Assembly (NCBI GenBank): GCA_903830945.1
Contig: CAIKVT010000021.1
Location: 4,519 to 68,518 of the forward strand
Source: an uncultured Elusimicrobia bacterium
Lineage (GTDB): Bacteria > Elusimicrobiota > Elusimicrobia > UBA1565 > UBA9628
Direction: 5' to 3'
Length of the DNA stretch: 64,000 nt
Part shown: in pieces, positions 28,989-39,580 of the stretch
How positions within the stretch are numbered: the first letter of the stretch is position 1
Layout: every line of letters begins with the position of its first letter
Program-made: the position numbers and the translations under genes
Notes under the pieces: generated by a model
Databases searched by the model: none
What the model was told of the DNA's origin: nothing
What the model saw: the letters and a program-made list of their open reading frames with translations, nothing else

Positions 28989-31277
28989 ATGGGAGATCCT
29001 GGCGATGGTCAGCTGAGCGCCGCCCCCTCCGGGGAAGGAGAACTGCCGCCCTCCGGGGGCCGTGTGCCCATGCGCACGGTGGTCTTGCCCGTGCGCGGCA
29101 TGCACTGCGCCTCCTGCGTGGCGAAGATGGAGTCCGTGGTGGGAGCGCTGAGCGGGGTCCATTCCGTGAGCGTGGACTTGCCCTCCCGTACGGTCGCCGT
29201 TGCCTATGCGCCGCTCCCCGGCCGCTTCGGCGTGCGGGAACTGCGCCGCGCGATAGAGGGCGCCGGTTACGACGTGCTGGGAGAATCCGAGTCCCGGGCC
29301 CAGGCCGAACAGCTGAGCCTGCTGGCCCAGCAGAGCGAGCAGCGCGTGCTCATGACGCGTCTGCAATGGAGCATGCTCTTCGCCGTGCCGCTGTTCTTGT
29401 CGGACTGGCTCAACCTCTCACCCTATACTGAGTTCTTGCTGGCCATACCGTTGCAGGTCTGGGGCGGCTGGCATTTCCACGAGGGGCTCGTGCGCAGCCT
29501 GCGGCGGCGCAGCGCGGACATGAATACCTTGGTGTCCTTGAGCACCTGGGCGGCCTTTTTGCTCAGCGCTTATGTGAGCATGTTCCCCGAAAGCCTGCCG
29601 GCGGCGGCGCGTCATCCGCAATGGGACGCGGTCGCGGGCCTGGTGACGATGATCACCTTGGGCCGTTGGCTCGAGGCCAAGACCCGGGGCAAGACAAATG
29701 AGGCCGTGGCCAAGCTCATGCGCATCGCGCCTAAGACAGTCCGGGTCTTGCGCGCGGGGCCTGGGCATTCCGCCCAGGCCGAGACCGTGCCCATCTCAGA
29801 GGTCGAGGTGGGGGAGATCATCCAGGTGCGGCCCGGGGAGCAGATCGGGCTCGACGGAGCGGTCCTTTCCGGCTCCTCCACAGTGGACGAATCGCTCTTG
29901 ACCGGGGAGAGCCTGCCGGTCGAGAAATCCCTGGGTTCGCGCGTTTGGGGCGGTTCCATCAATAAGACCGGAGCCTTGGATGTCCGTGTAGCAAAGCCGG
30001 GATCGGAATCGGCCTTGGCCCGCATCGTGGAAGCGGTCCGTTTCAGCCAGGCGACCAAGCCCCGCATCCAGCGTTTCGTGGATCGTGTGACGGGTTGGTT
30101 CGTGCCGGGCGTGATTCTCGCGGGCGTCGCCTGTGCCGTGCTTTGGGCGCTTTACGGCCCGGAGCCTAAGGTCGTCTTTGCCCTGACTTCCATGGTCTCG
30201 GTCTTCGCTGTGGCCTGCCCTTGCGCCCTGGGCCTGGCCACGCCGCTGGCCATCGTGGCCGGGGTGGGCCGGGCCGCGGAGATGGGCGTCTTCATCCGCA
30301 ACGCGGACGTCCTGGAGGCCGTGGGCCGCCTGGACGTGGTTCTCTTTGATAAGACAGGGACTTTGACCGAGGGCCGTCCGCGCGTGGTGGAAGCGGTGAT
30401 CGTTGCGGGCGGGCGCGACGAGATGCTCTCCTACGCTTTCGCCGCGGAGCAGCGCTCGGAGCATCCGTTCGCGGCCGCGGTGGTGGCTTACGCCAAGGGC
30501 GCGGGAGTGTCTGCGGCGAAGGTCGACTCTTTCGAGGCTTTTCCCGGTCGCGGAGTCCTGGCCACCAGCGGCGGACGCACCGTGCGCGTGGGCAGTCTGG
30601 GCTGGCTTAAGGAGAACGGCGCTCCGATCCCGCTGGAGCATGCCAGGCGGTTTCAGGAAGAGGCGGGCTCGCTGCTTGGCGTGGTCGTGGACGGCCGCTT
30701 CCTGGGAGTCTTCCTGTTGGCCGACACATTGCGTCCTTCCGCCAAGTCCGCGGTGAGCGCGCTCAAGGACATGGGCCTGGAGGTCTACCTGGTCTCCGGC
30801 GACCGTAACGCGGCCTCCTACCGGGTCGCGGAGGCCGTGGGCATATCGACTGTTTTCGCCGAGGTGCTGCCCGAGGAAAAGGTCAAGACCGTGGCACGGC
30901 TCCAGGCGGAAGGAAAGCGGGTGGCCATGGTAGGCGAAGGGTTCAACGACGCCCCGGCCCTGAGTGCGGCGGATATCGGAATTTCCCTGGCCTCCGGCAC
31001 GGACATCGCTATCGAGGCCGCGGACATCACGCTCGTCAATCCGGACCTGGAGACCTTGGCCCTGGCAATCCGTTTGAGCCAGAAGATCCGCAAGGTCATC
31101 TGGGAGAACCTGGTGCTCTCCTTCGCATACAACCTGTTGCTCATCCCGGTGGCGGCTGGGGCGCTCTATGCGCCTTTCGGGATATTGCTCAAGCCCCAGT
31201 ATGCGGGAGCGGCCATGGCGCTTTCGTCGATCTCAGTCGCCTTGAATTCCCTGCGTTTGCGGAGGAAGAAGATATGA
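28989..31277 (+). CDS. copA: Copper-translocating P1B-type ATPase
   Basis: Present are an HMA metal-binding motif (GMHCASCV), a CPC transmembrane motif ([11 protein letters not shown]), the phosphorylation site DKTGTLT and the hinge [10 protein letters not shown]. The start is taken at the ATG 28989; the upstream part of the track ORF overlaps the lipoprotein gene. Confidence 0.9.
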   Translation: MGDPGDGQLSAAPSGEGELPPSGGRVPMRTVVLPVRGMHCASCVAKMESVVGALSGVHSVSVDLPSRTVAVAYAPLPGRFGVRELRRAIEGAGYDVLGESESRAQAEQLSLLAQQSEQRVLMTRLQWSMLFAVPLFLSDWLNLSPYTEFLLAIPLQVWGGWHFHEGLVRSLRRRSADMNTLVSLSTWAAFLLSAYVSMFPESLPAAARHPQWDAVAGLVTMITLGRWLEAKTRGKTNEAVAKLMRIAPKTVRVLRAGPGHSAQAETVPISEVEVGEIIQVRPGEQIGLDGAVLSGSSTVDESLLTGESLPVEKSLGSRVWGGSINKTGALDVRVAKPGSESALARIVEAVRFSQATKPRIQRFVDRVTGWFVPGVILAGVACAVLWALYGPEPKVVFALTSMVSVFAVACPCALGLATPLAIVAGVGRAAEMGVFIRNADVLEAVGRLDVVLFDKTGTLTEGRPRVVEAVIVAGGRDEMLSYAFAAEQRSEHPFAAAVVAYAKGAGVSAAKVDSFEAFPGRGVLATSGGRTVRVGSLGWLKENGAPIPLEHARRFQEEAGSLLGVVVDGRFLGVFLLADTLRPSAKSAVSALKDMGLEVYLVSGDRNAASYRVAEAVGISTVFAEVLPEEKVKTVARLQAEGKRVAMVGEGFNDAPALSAADIGISLASGTDIAIEAADITLVNPDLETLALAIRLSQKIRKVIWENLVLSFAYNLLLIPVAAGALYAPFGILLKPQYAGAAMALSSISVALNSLRLRRKKI

Positions 31278-31690
31278 AGAAAAGACTGTTCTATGGATAT
31301 CGTCCGGAGCTGGCTCTTTGCGGGGCGGATGCTCCTTTGCCGCCCATCGAGACCTGGCCGAACCAGCATCGGGGTTATGAGATACGCATCGAGCATCCTG
31401 AATTCACGTCGGTGTGCCCGAAGACGAAGCTGCCGGATTTTGGGACCTTGACGTTGAGCTACGAGCCGGCCCGGCGGTGCATCGAGCTGAAGTCCTTCAA
31501 GTATTACCTGCTGGGGTACCGCAATATGGGGATATTCTACGAGAACGCGGTCAACCGCATCCTTCAGGACATGGTCAGGGCCACGAAGCCCGTCTGGGCG
31601 GAGTTGGCGGGGTCGTTTACCACGCGCGGCGGCATGCGGTCGACCATCGTGGCCCGATATGGGACGAGGCGGATTTCGCACCGCCATTGA
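31274..31690 (+). CDS. queF: NADPH-dependent 7-cyano-7-deazaguanine reductase (type I QueF)
   Basis: 138-aa ORF with the [12 protein letters not shown] catalytic Cys motif and the ELKSFKYYL motif. It overlaps the copA stop. Confidence 0.85.
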   Translation: MKKRLFYGYRPELALCGADAPLPPIETWPNQHRGYEIRIEHPEFTSVCPKTKLPDFGTLTLSYEPARRCIELKSFKYYLLGYRNMGIFYENAVNRILQDMVRATKPVWAELAGSFTTRGGMRSTIVARYGTRRISHRH

Positions 31691-31770
31691 ATCTCTAGAT
31701 GCATTTTGGTATCTTCTCCTTGCTTCTTTTGCTCTTTTATTAAAAATCTGTGGCGTTCCGATTGTCGCGC

Positions 31771-31795
31771 CCAGTCGGCGCAGTGATAGCGCCCT
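31771..31795 (+). other. Degenerate duplicate of the 5' ~25 nt of tRNA-Val (pseudo-tRNA fragment)
   Basis: gcccagtcggcgcagtgatagcgcc matches gcccagttggcgcagtggtagcgcg of the intact tRNA-Val 55 nt downstream at 23 of 25 positions. It then diverges and cannot be folded into a cloverleaf. Confidence 0.5.
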
Positions 31796-31825
31796 GGGGA
31801 AGTATGGCACTGGATCGGTTTAAGT

Positions 31826-31897
31826 GCCCAGTTGGCGCAGTGGTAGCGCGTTCCCTTGACATGGGAAAGGTCATAGGTTCAAATCCTATACTGGGCA
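31826..31897 (+). tRNA. tRNA-Val (anticodon GAC)
   Basis: The cloverleaf has acceptor gcccagt/actgggc, D-arm gcgcagtggtagcgc, anticodon stem ttccc/gggaa with loop ttGACat, T-arm ataggttcaaatcctat and discriminator a. Confidence 0.85.
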
Positions 31898-31932
31898 CAT
31901 CGTTAACGAGAATGAGAACGGAGTCCTCAAAA

Positions 31933-33690
31933 ATGGCTGAAGTCGCCGTCGACATCGCGACCGTTCGGCACTCCTGCGCTCACGTGCTGGCGCAGGCCGT
32001 GCAGGACCTTTTCCCGGGAACCAAGCTCGGCATCGGCCCGGCCATCGAGAACGGTTTCTACTACGACTTCGATACCCAGCACCACTTCGTCCCGGAGGAC
32101 CTGCCCCGCATCGAGGCGCGCATGCGTGAGATAGCGGAGGCGCGTCAGGCCTTCGTGCGCGCCGAGTGCACGAAGGACGAGGCCAGCGAGTTCCTCAAAA
32201 AGTCGGACGAGAAGCTTAAGATCGAGCTCCTGGGGGACCTTAAGGATGCGACGGTCAGCTTCTATACCAACGGCCCCTTCACCGATATGTGCCGCGGCCC
32301 CCATGTCGCCGACACCGGGGAGATCCGTCATTTTAAGCTGACCTCCATCGCCGGCGCCTACTGGCGCGGCGATGAGAAGCGGCCGATGCTGCAGCGTATC
32401 TACGGCACGGTTTGGACGACCCAGGATCAATTGGACGGTCACCTTAAGATGCTGGAGGAGGCCAAGGCGCGGGACCATCGCAAGTTGGGTCAGGCTCTGG
32501 AGCTTTTCAGCATCGACGAGGCGGCCGGCCCCGGTCTCATCCTGTGGCATCCCAAGGGCGCGCGCATACGCATGGCCATAGAGGAGTGGCTCAAGGGCGA
32601 GGCTCTCCGGCGCGGCTACGAATGGATATACACCCCGCATATCGCGCAACTTTCTCTCTGGCAGACCTCGGGGCATGCCAGTTTTTTCCGGGAGAGCATG
32701 TTCCAGCCGCTGGAGGTGGAAAAGGCGCAGTATCAGCTCAAGCCGATGAACTGCCCTTTTCATATCCTCATCTATAAAAGCCGGCTGCACAGTTATCGCG
32801 AGCTTCCGCTGCGCTTCGCCGAATTGGGCACGGTTTACCGCTACGAGCGCTCAGGGGTTCTGCATGGCCTCTTGCGGGTTCGGGGCTTCACGCAGGACGA
32901 TGCCCATATTTTTTGCGCGCCGGAGAGCATCGAGTCCGAGATCGACGGCTGCATCGATTTCGCGTTGGCGGTGCTCAAGACCTTCGGCTTTGAGAAATAC
33001 ACCGTCGACCTGTCCACTTGGGATCCGGACAAGCGTTCCGACTACAGCGGCGAGGCCGAAGATTGGAAGCGCGCCCAGGGCGCCCTTGAGACCGTGCTCA
33101 AGCGTCGGGGCATCGATTTCCGCCTGATCCCGGGCGAGGCCGCCTTCTATGGTCCGAAGATTGATTTTAAGCTCATCGACGCCATCGGGCGCTCCTGGCA
33201 GTTGACTACTATCCAGTTCGATTTCAATCTTCCCGAGAAGTTCGGCCTGGAGTACGTGGCCGAGGACGGGCAGCGGCGCCGGCCGTTTATGGTGCACCGG
33301 GCTTTGCTGGGTTCCCTGGAGCGTTTTTTCGGGATCCTCATTGAACACTACGCCGGGAAATTCCCGCTGTGGCTCTCGCCGGTGCAGGTCAAGATCCTCA
33401 CCATCACGGACGCCCAGGCCGACGCCGCGCAAGGCTTGGCGCGCCGTCTGGAGGACGCCGGCCTGCGCACGGCTCTGGATCTGCGTCCGGAGAAGGTCGG
33501 CGCCAAGGTGCGCGACGCCACGCTGGAGAAGATCCCTTACATGGTTGTCCTGGGCCCCAAGGACCTCGCGGCCGGCGTGCTTTCCGTGCGCCTGCGTGAC
33601 GGCCGGCAGGTCGGCGGACTCAAAGAGGAGGATTTCATGACCAAGCTCAAGGCCGAGATCGCCGGCAAGACGGCGACCCTATCGCTATGA
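31933..33690 (+). CDS. thrS: Threonine--tRNA ligase lacking the N-terminal TGS (N1) domain
   Basis: 585-aa protein that begins directly at the editing-domain motif (RHSCAHVLAQAV). Class II catalytic and anticodon-binding regions follow (FRESMFQPLEVEK.., YRYERSGVLHGLLRVRGFTQDDAHIF). The track ORF start at 31750 would run through the tRNA. Confidence 0.9.
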   Translation: MAEVAVDIATVRHSCAHVLAQAVQDLFPGTKLGIGPAIENGFYYDFDTQHHFVPEDLPRIEARMREIAEARQAFVRAECTKDEASEFLKKSDEKLKIELLGDLKDATVSFYTNGPFTDMCRGPHVADTGEIRHFKLTSIAGAYWRGDEKRPMLQRIYGTVWTTQDQLDGHLKMLEEAKARDHRKLGQALELFSIDEAAGPGLILWHPKGARIRMAIEEWLKGEALRRGYEWIYTPHIAQLSLWQTSGHASFFRESMFQPLEVEKAQYQLKPMNCPFHILIYKSRLHSYRELPLRFAELGTVYRYERSGVLHGLLRVRGFTQDDAHIFCAPESIESEIDGCIDFALAVLKTFGFEKYTVDLSTWDPDKRSDYSGEAEDWKRAQGALETVLKRRGIDFRLIPGEAAFYGPKIDFKLIDAIGRSWQLTTIQFDFNLPEKFGLEYVAEDGQRRRPFMVHRALLGSLERFFGILIEHYAGKFPLWLSPVQVKILTITDAQADAAQGLARRLEDAGLRTALDLRPEKVGAKVRDATLEKIPYMVVLGPKDLAAGVLSVRLRDGRQVGGLKEEDFMTKLKAEIAGKTATLSL

Positions 33691-33701
33691 GGCGGTTCAA
33701 C

Positions 33702-36700
33702 ATGTCCAAGCATACCAGATTCCTGGCGCACGGCAGTGCGCTGGCCGTTCTGCTCGTGCTGGCTCCGGCCTTCGCCTCCGCTCGCGCCATCACGCAGACC
33801 ACGGCGGAGGAGGAAGCCTTCGGCGCTGGCGCGCAGATGTACCAGGAGACGGGGCGCGATAAGATGGCCGTGGTTCAGGCTTTCGAGAATTTTATGAGCC
33901 AGTTCCCGCAGAGCCCGCGCGTGGCCGATGCCAACTTCATGATCGGCGAGGCCTACCTCGATCAGGCCTTGAGCATCCTCAAGGCCGAAGCCACCGCCAA
34001 GAAGAACTCGGCGGCGCGGCTCCTGGCGCCCAAGAACCCGGCCGCAGCCGTGGCCCTGGAGAATGCCGCCAAGGCCTTTCAGGCCGTCGCCGGCGATAAG
34101 AAATCCGGGCTTGCGCCCTCGGCCCTGTATCGCCTGGGCGAGGTCTATTATAATGAAAAGGATTGGAGCCGGGCCGTCGACGACTTCCGCGACGTGGAGA
34201 AGAACTTCTCCAAGTCCTATATCGTGCCGGAGGCGCTGTTGGGGGTCATCTACGCGGACCTAGCCCTGGAGCAGTTCTCTCAGGCCGAGGCTAACCTCTT
34301 CCTTCTTGGCGAGACCGACCCTGTATTCCTTAAAGAGCCATTGGTGCTCTACGCACAGGGAATCGTGAGCTTGCATAAGGGCGACTATTCGGCGGCCGAG
34401 GCCACCTTGAAAGCGGTGAAAACCGCCGAGGCCCAGTATTACCTGGGTAAGACTTACCTGCTCTCCAAGCGAGCCTACTTGGCCGCGGCCGCTTTCGAGA
34501 ACCTCATCCGCGACTATCCGGACTCCGACTTAAAGGAAGAGGCTCAGTTCTTCATTGGTGATTCCTTCTTTTTGGCCGAGGATTTTGACGGCGCCATCTC
34601 CAAGTACCAGAAGTTCCTCTCGTTCTACCCGGACTCCCCCTTGCGCGTCTCGGCTATGTTCCGCATCGGATCCTCCTACTTTCAAAAGAAGGATTTTGTG
34701 GAGGCGCGCGCCAACTTCCAGTCCGTTCTGGACCGCTATCCTAAGGACTTCTTCGCTCCGCTGGCCCAGTACTTCATCGCCGAGTCCTATCTCGTGGCCG
34801 GGCAAGTGCGCGAGGCCATGTTCGCCTACACCAAGGTCATCACCCAGTATCCGGAGACCGCCAAGGTCTCTCCACTGGCGCACTTCAAGCTGGCTTGGAC
34901 GGGCTATCAGGTGGGGGATTACACTCAGGCCTTGCAGACCTGCAACAACTTCGTGGCTCTCTATCCCACAAACGCCTTGGCCAAGAACGTCTACCTCGTC
35001 ATGGGCAATGCCCTCATCAAGCTCAAGCGCTATCAGGAAGCTACGGCCGCCCTCCAGCGCATCATCGACCTGGCACCATCATCGGACGTCGCGGAGCAGG
35101 CCCTCTTCACCATTCTGAAGAACCAGTTCGATCAGAAGGCTTATAATTCAATCCTTACTTCCTATCAGTTCATCTTCCGACACCTGCCGCCTTCCAAATC
35201 CAAGTGGCGCAGCATGAGCTATCTTTACGCGGCCGAGGCTTATTTAACCCTCAATCAGACGGAGGAAGCCAGGGTCATCTATGAGATGATCCTCAAGGTC
35301 TATCCTGACGACCCGGCCGCCTTCTACGCGCAGGACGGCCTGGCCTGGGCTTATTCCTATCAGGGCCAGGACGACCAGGCCCTGGTGGAGCGCCAGAAGC
35401 TTAAGGCCATGCTCTCGGCCGAGACCTCGACCTTCACCTTCTCGGGATTGAACGAGTTGGGCATCGCGGATAGCCTCTATAACCAGAAGTCCTATGACGA
35501 CGCCTTCCAGCTCTATAATAAGTTCGTCGACGGCAATCCCAAAGCGTCGGAGGCGCCGTCCGCCCTCTATCGCGCGGGCATGAGCCTCTACCACCAGCGC
35601 TACTACACCCAGGCCATCGAGACCTGGCGCAAGCTTCAGGCCAACTATCCACAGGCCAAGGAGACGGTCCAGGCCGTGGTCCAGATCGCCGACACTTTGT
35701 TCCGCGCCCAGAAATACGACGAGTCCATTGCCGCCTACAGAGGCATCATCACCAACTATCCACAGAGTGAACAGCTGCCCATGGCCTACCTGCGCATCGC
35801 CCAGGCGGCCTTCAATAGCAACAATGATGATGCTGCGGTCAAGCAGGTCCGGGAGCTGGTGGCGAAGTTTCCCAAGGCTCCTGAGTCGACGGACGGCATG
35901 GATCTCCTGGAGGCTATTTTCGACCGCAATAAGTCCGTCAATTATAAGACTTTTCTGCGCGAGTTGGTCGCGGCCAACCCAGCCAGCCCCATCGCCGCGG
36001 AAGCGCAGTTCCGCCTGGCGCGGCGCTGCTTCGAGGCCAAGGACTTCGCCACGGCTGCCGTGGAGTTTCAGAAATTCAGCGTGGACTTCACCAACAATTC
36101 TCAGCTGGTCAAGGCCCAGTTCTACCTGGGGGAGAGCTACTTGAGCCAGAATGATTACGCTAACGCCATCCCCGCTTATGAGCGCCTGCTTAATAACTTT
36201 GATAAGGACGAAGACACGCCGCTGACGTTGTTCCACTTGGCCAGCGCCAATTACGCCCTCAAGAAGTACGATGAGGCGGTGAAGTACTACACCCGCCTGG
36301 GGGAGGAGTATCCCAAGGCGTCCTACGCTAAGGAGACCCAGTTCAATTTGGCCCTGGCCTACAAGGCACTGGGCAAGGCTGACTTGGCCCAATACGCTTA
36401 TCAGAAGTATATCGAGCTGGTCGGCGACACTGACCCTCTGGCCCAGTCGGCGCTCTGGGAGATCTTCAGTCTGCAGAAGGACCGCCGGGATTACGATGGG
36501 GCGCTGTCGACTCTCCAGCAGATACAAGGCCACGCCCAACCGGGTTCGGATACGCCGTTTGAAGCGACCTACCGCATGGGCGAGATTGACTTGGCCATTA
36601 ACCGGCCGGACGAGGCCATGAACATATGGGTGAAGCTTCAGGGCATGAAGCCCGCCAACAATCCTTTCCGCCTCGACGCCTTGATCAAGCTCGGCGAGGC

Positions 36701-37013
36701 CTACGAGAAGGCTTCGGACAATGAGCGGGCCGTCATCGTCTATGAGGACTTGGCCCACAACGCGGGTCGGGAGATCGCCCAGTCGGCCGCGGCCAGGGCC
36801 GCGGCCCTGCGCCGACAAGGCGGGGGGGGCAAGGCCTCCGGTGAGCCGGATCAGAAGTGGGCAGCTCCGGCGTCGCGCAAGGGTGCCATCCGTAACAAGA
36901 AGGTCCCGGCCAGCGCGCCGGCGACGGTCCCGCAGGCGGCGCCCGCTGCGGCCCCCGTGGAGAAGGCCGGGTCGCTCAATCTGCCCGGGATGACAGGCGG
37001 CGAAGGGCAATAG
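33702..37013 (+). CDS. Giant secreted tetratricopeptide-repeat protein (CpoB/YbgF-like TPR repeats many times over)
   Basis: 1108 aa with a signal peptide (LAHGSALAVLLVLAPAFASA). TPR-like ~34-aa repeats recur throughout (..EAxxxYxxxxxxYPxSxxxxxAxFxLGxxY..). The C-terminus is Ala/Pro-rich. It lies directly upstream of the tolQ-like gene. Confidence 0.8.
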   Translation: MSKHTRFLAHGSALAVLLVLAPAFASARAITQTTAEEEAFGAGAQMYQETGRDKMAVVQAFENFMSQFPQSPRVADANFMIGEAYLDQALSILKAEATAKKNSAARLLAPKNPAAAVALENAAKAFQAVAGDKKSGLAPSALYRLGEVYYNEKDWSRAVDDFRDVEKNFSKSYIVPEALLGVIYADLALEQFSQAEANLFLLGETDPVFLKEPLVLYAQGIVSLHKGDYSAAEATLKAVKTAEAQYYLGKTYLLSKRAYLAAAAFENLIRDYPDSDLKEEAQFFIGDSFFLAEDFDGAISKYQKFLSFYPDSPLRVSAMFRIGSSYFQKKDFVEARANFQSVLDRYPKDFFAPLAQYFIAESYLVAGQVREAMFAYTKVITQYPETAKVSPLAHFKLAWTGYQVGDYTQALQTCNNFVALYPTNALAKNVYLVMGNALIKLKRYQEATAALQRIIDLAPSSDVAEQALFTILKNQFDQKAYNSILTSYQFIFRHLPPSKSKWRSMSYLYAAEAYLTLNQTEEARVIYEMILKVYPDDPAAFYAQDGLAWAYSYQGQDDQALVERQKLKAMLSAETSTFTFSGLNELGIADSLYNQKSYDDAFQLYNKFVDGNPKASEAPSALYRAGMSLYHQRYYTQAIETWRKLQANYPQAKETVQAVVQIADTLFRAQKYDESIAAYRGIITNYPQSEQLPMAYLRIAQAAFNSNNDDAAVKQVRELVAKFPKAPESTDGMDLLEAIFDRNKSVNYKTFLRELVAANPASPIAAEAQFRLARRCFEAKDFATAAVEFQKFSVDFTNNSQLVKAQFYLGESYLSQNDYANAIPAYERLLNNFDKDEDTPLTLFHLASANYALKKYDEAVKYYTRLGEEYPKASYAKETQFNLALAYKALGKADLAQYAYQKYIELVGDTDPLAQSALWEIFSLQKDRRDYDGALSTLQQIQGHAQPGSDTPFEATYRMGEIDLAINRPDEAMNIWVKLQGMKPANNPFRLDALIKLGEAYEKASDNERAVIVYEDLAHNAGREIAQSAAARAAALRRQGGGGKASGEPDQKWAAPASRKGAIRNKKVPASAPATVPQAAPAAAPVEKAGSLNLPGMTGGEGQ

Positions 37014-37034
37014 GCGGCGCCCAAGGAGAACCTG

Positions 37035-37652
37035 ATGCTCGGCGACAATAGCGTGCTGGTGATGCTCAAAGACAGTTTTACCCTCATCATCCTCGGTTTC
37101 TGCTCCGTGCTCAACATCACGTTTATGATCGAGCGCTGGTGGACCATCCGCAGGGCGCAGGGCAGTGGAGACGCCATCTTGACCCACGTGCATAAGTTCC
37201 TGCAGGAGGGCAAGGCCGAGGCGGCCCAGCAGTACTGCCACAAGCATCCCTCCGCGGTCGGCCAGGTCATCTATTACGGCCTGCTGCACGCCTCGCGGCC
37301 GCGCAAGGACCTCGATGAGCTGCTCGCGAGCAAGCGTTTGGAGGAGCGACTCAAGCTCGAGCGCTATCTGGGCGTGCTGGGCACGCTTGGCAACATCGCG
37401 CCTTTCATCGGCCTTTTCGGCACGGTCGTGGGCATAATCAAGGCCTTCCGCGATCTGGCTCTCTCGGGTGGGGGCGGCCCGGCGGTGGTGGCTAGGGGTA
37501 TCGCCGAAGCGCTGGTGGCGACTGCGGGGGGCCTCGTGGTGGCCATTCCGGCGGTCATCATCTATAATTATTTCATGCGTAAGGTGAAGACCATCTCGGT
37601 AGAGATGGAGGTGGCATCGATCCGGCTGATGGTCATGCTGGGGTCCAAGTAG
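37035..37652 (+). CDS. MotA/TolQ/ExbB proton-channel family protein
   Basis: 205-aa protein with 3 TM segments and conserved C-terminal TM helices (LGTLGNIAPFIGLFGTVVGII). Confidence 0.85.
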   Translation: MLGDNSVLVMLKDSFTLIILGFCSVLNITFMIERWWTIRRAQGSGDAILTHVHKFLQEGKAEAAQQYCHKHPSAVGQVIYYGLLHASRPRKDLDELLASKRLEERLKLERYLGVLGTLGNIAPFIGLFGTVVGIIKAFRDLALSGGGGPAVVARGIAEALVATAGGLVVAIPAVIIYNYFMRKVKTISVEMEVASIRLMVMLGSK

Positions 37653-37659
37653 AGGGAGC

Positions 37660-38091
37660 ATGGCTGGAGCGAGCCAGAAGGCCGACGAGCCAATCGTCGA
37701 CATCAACGTCACACCTCTGGTGGACGTGTGTCTGGTCCTGGTCATTATCTTCATGGCCGTAGCACCCATGGCCATGACCTGGGGCATCACCGTGCTCCAT
37801 TCCAAGGCCAAGACCGCCGAAGGCAAGGCCTCCATCGAGGAGAACGTCCAGGTCAAGCTTACGGTCGACGGCAAGCTCACGGTCAATGGCGCGGCCGTTC
37901 CTGCCGGCGGGCTGGCGGGCAAGATCTCGGAGGCCCTCGTGCGCAGCAAGGACAAGATGGTCACGGTCACGGCTGACGAGGGCAACCATGTGGGCGATGT
38001 GGTGGAAATCCTGGACACGGCCAAGCAGGCTGGCGCGGCCAAGGTCGCGATCTTGAAGAACGAGACCGCGCCTCCGGCTCCTAAGGGATGA
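37660..38091 (+). CDS. ExbD/TolR biopolymer transport protein (copy 1)
   Basis: 143 aa with the INVTPLVDVCLVLVIIFM TM signature. Confidence 0.85.
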   Translation: MAGASQKADEPIVDINVTPLVDVCLVLVIIFMAVAPMAMTWGITVLHSKAKTAEGKASIEENVQVKLTVDGKLTVNGAAVPAGGLAGKISEALVRSKDKMVTVTADEGNHVGDVVEILDTAKQAGAAKVAILKNETAPPAPKG

Positions 38092-38510
38092 GAATGTCAC
38101 GCACCGAATCCTCATTGGATGGCGACGATATCGTCTCGGGCATCAATGTGACGCCCTTGGTGGATGTTTGCCTGGTTCTGGTCATTATCTTCATGGTGAC
38201 CGCACCCATGCTTTCGGATCCGGTCATCAAAGTCGACTTGCCAAAGGCTCATACTAAGGAAGGAGAAGAGAAGGAAAAGATCACCATCACCCTGGGTAAG
38301 GACGGCCGCATGGCCTTGGATTATAAGGAATACAAGACCTTTGAAGCCATGGAGCCGGAACTCAAGGATAAGCTGGCCGGCAGCGAGTCCAAACTCATCA
38401 TCCTCAAGGCGGATGAGAACGCTTTACACGGCAGATTGGTGGACCTCATGGCCAAGGCCAAGGACGCGGGGGCCCAGTCGTTGACCATAGCCACGGAACG
38501 AAAGAAATAG
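38088..38510 (+). CDS. ExbD/TolR biopolymer transport protein (copy 2)
   Basis: 140 aa with the same INVTPLVDVCLVLVIIFM signature. The start overlaps the previous stop. Confidence 0.85.
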   Translation: MRMSRTESSLDGDDIVSGINVTPLVDVCLVLVIIFMVTAPMLSDPVIKVDLPKAHTKEGEEKEKITITLGKDGRMALDYKEYKTFEAMEPELKDKLAGSESKLIILKADENALHGRLVDLMAKAKDAGAQSLTIATERKK

Positions 38511-38528
38511 CGAGGTGTCGAAAGAATC

Positions 38529-39578
38529 GTGACGCAGGCGCGCTTGCCAATGTCGGTGACGGCCTCCATGGCCCTGCATGTCGGGGGAATCTTCCTTTTC
38601 GTGCATATCTCGCAGATCGGGATCAAGGCGAAGTCCGTCGACATCCAGAATGTCGATATCATTCGTGTGTTTAAGCCCACTCCCGCGCCGCAGGTCAAGG
38701 TCAAGGCTCCGCCGCCGACCATCAAGGATTTCTTGAAGATGGCCCTACCGGCCGTGCATAGGCCCCAGCTCATGACCATGCAGGCCAAGCTCCCGGATAT
38801 CCGCCGGCCCCTGCTGCAGGCCACGCCCAAGCTCGAGGATAGGCACATGCAGCAACTGGCGAAGCTGGACGCCCTCGACCTCAATAAGCGCCGCGTGGAC
38901 GAGGCCCGGATCGATACGAAACTTGAAGAGCGCCATACGACGGCCTTAGCCGCCCTGCCGCGCCTGGAAGATGTGGGCCGGCGGCAGGTGCGAAACCTCC
39001 CCGCCGCCATCAAGCTTGAAGAGCAGCGTCAAGACGCCGTGGCTCTTAAGTCCATCCAGGGCATGGCGGTCTCGCCGACGCGCCGCGGCGTGGCCCCGGC
39101 GGAGGTGCTCCAGGAGGCCACTCCCCAACAGAGTTCGCGGTTGGCAAGGATCACCAGCTTCCTGCCGACGGCTTCCGAGTCTGTCCAGCTTCAGCCGCGG
39201 GCCGCGGAGCCTCCGCCTATGATGAAGAAGATCGAGATTGCGCCTCCCTCGCCCAAACGCACGGCCTCCGTCCAGCAGGAGAAGAAGAGAACCGTGGAGA
39301 TCGAGGGTCCCTTGGCCAATCGAAGGGTGCTGTCCTACGATGTGCCTCAGTTTCCGGATTGGGCCAAACAGCGCAACATCATCGAGGCCGAGGTCGTGAT
39401 CCTCTTCTATGTGGACTCGGAAGGCAACGTCCTCTCGGACATGCGCGTCGAACACACTTCCGGTTACGGCCAGCTCGACCGCCTGTCCATGGACAGCCTG
39501 CGTAACTGGAAGTTCGTTCCCATCAGCAGCAGTGAAAGGCAATGGGGAAAAATCACATTCCGTTTTATTCTGGAGTGA
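38529..39578 (+). CDS. TonB/TolA-like energy-transducer protein (TonB C-terminal domain)
   Basis: 349 aa with an N-terminal TM, a long Pro/Lys-rich periplasmic linker and a C-terminal TonB-C fold (AEVVILFYVDSEGNVLSDMRVEHTSGYGQLDRLSMDSLRNWKFVP). Confidence 0.75.
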   Translation: MTQARLPMSVTASMALHVGGIFLFVHISQIGIKAKSVDIQNVDIIRVFKPTPAPQVKVKAPPPTIKDFLKMALPAVHRPQLMTMQAKLPDIRRPLLQATPKLEDRHMQQLAKLDALDLNKRRVDEARIDTKLEERHTTALAALPRLEDVGRRQVRNLPAAIKLEEQRQDAVALKSIQGMAVSPTRRGVAPAEVLQEATPQQSSRLARITSFLPTASESVQLQPRAAEPPPMMKKIEIAPPSPKRTASVQQEKKRTVEIEGPLANRRVLSYDVPQFPDWAKQRNIIEAEVVILFYVDSEGNVLSDMRVEHTSGYGQLDRLSMDSLRNWKFVPISSSERQWGKITFRFILE

Positions 39579-39580
39579 CA

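Noticed and set aside
31750-31932. The ORF-track start for thrS at 31750.
   Set aside because: It reads through tRNA-Val and the tRNA fragment. The ThrRS homology begins at the Met at 31933.
35244-38042. A 932-aa minus-strand ORF spanning the TPR gene, the tolQ-like gene and part of exbD.
   Set aside because: Its product is low-complexity and Arg/Gly/Leu-rich, with no motifs. It runs antisense to three well-supported genes. It is a typical long shadow ORF in GC-rich DNA.
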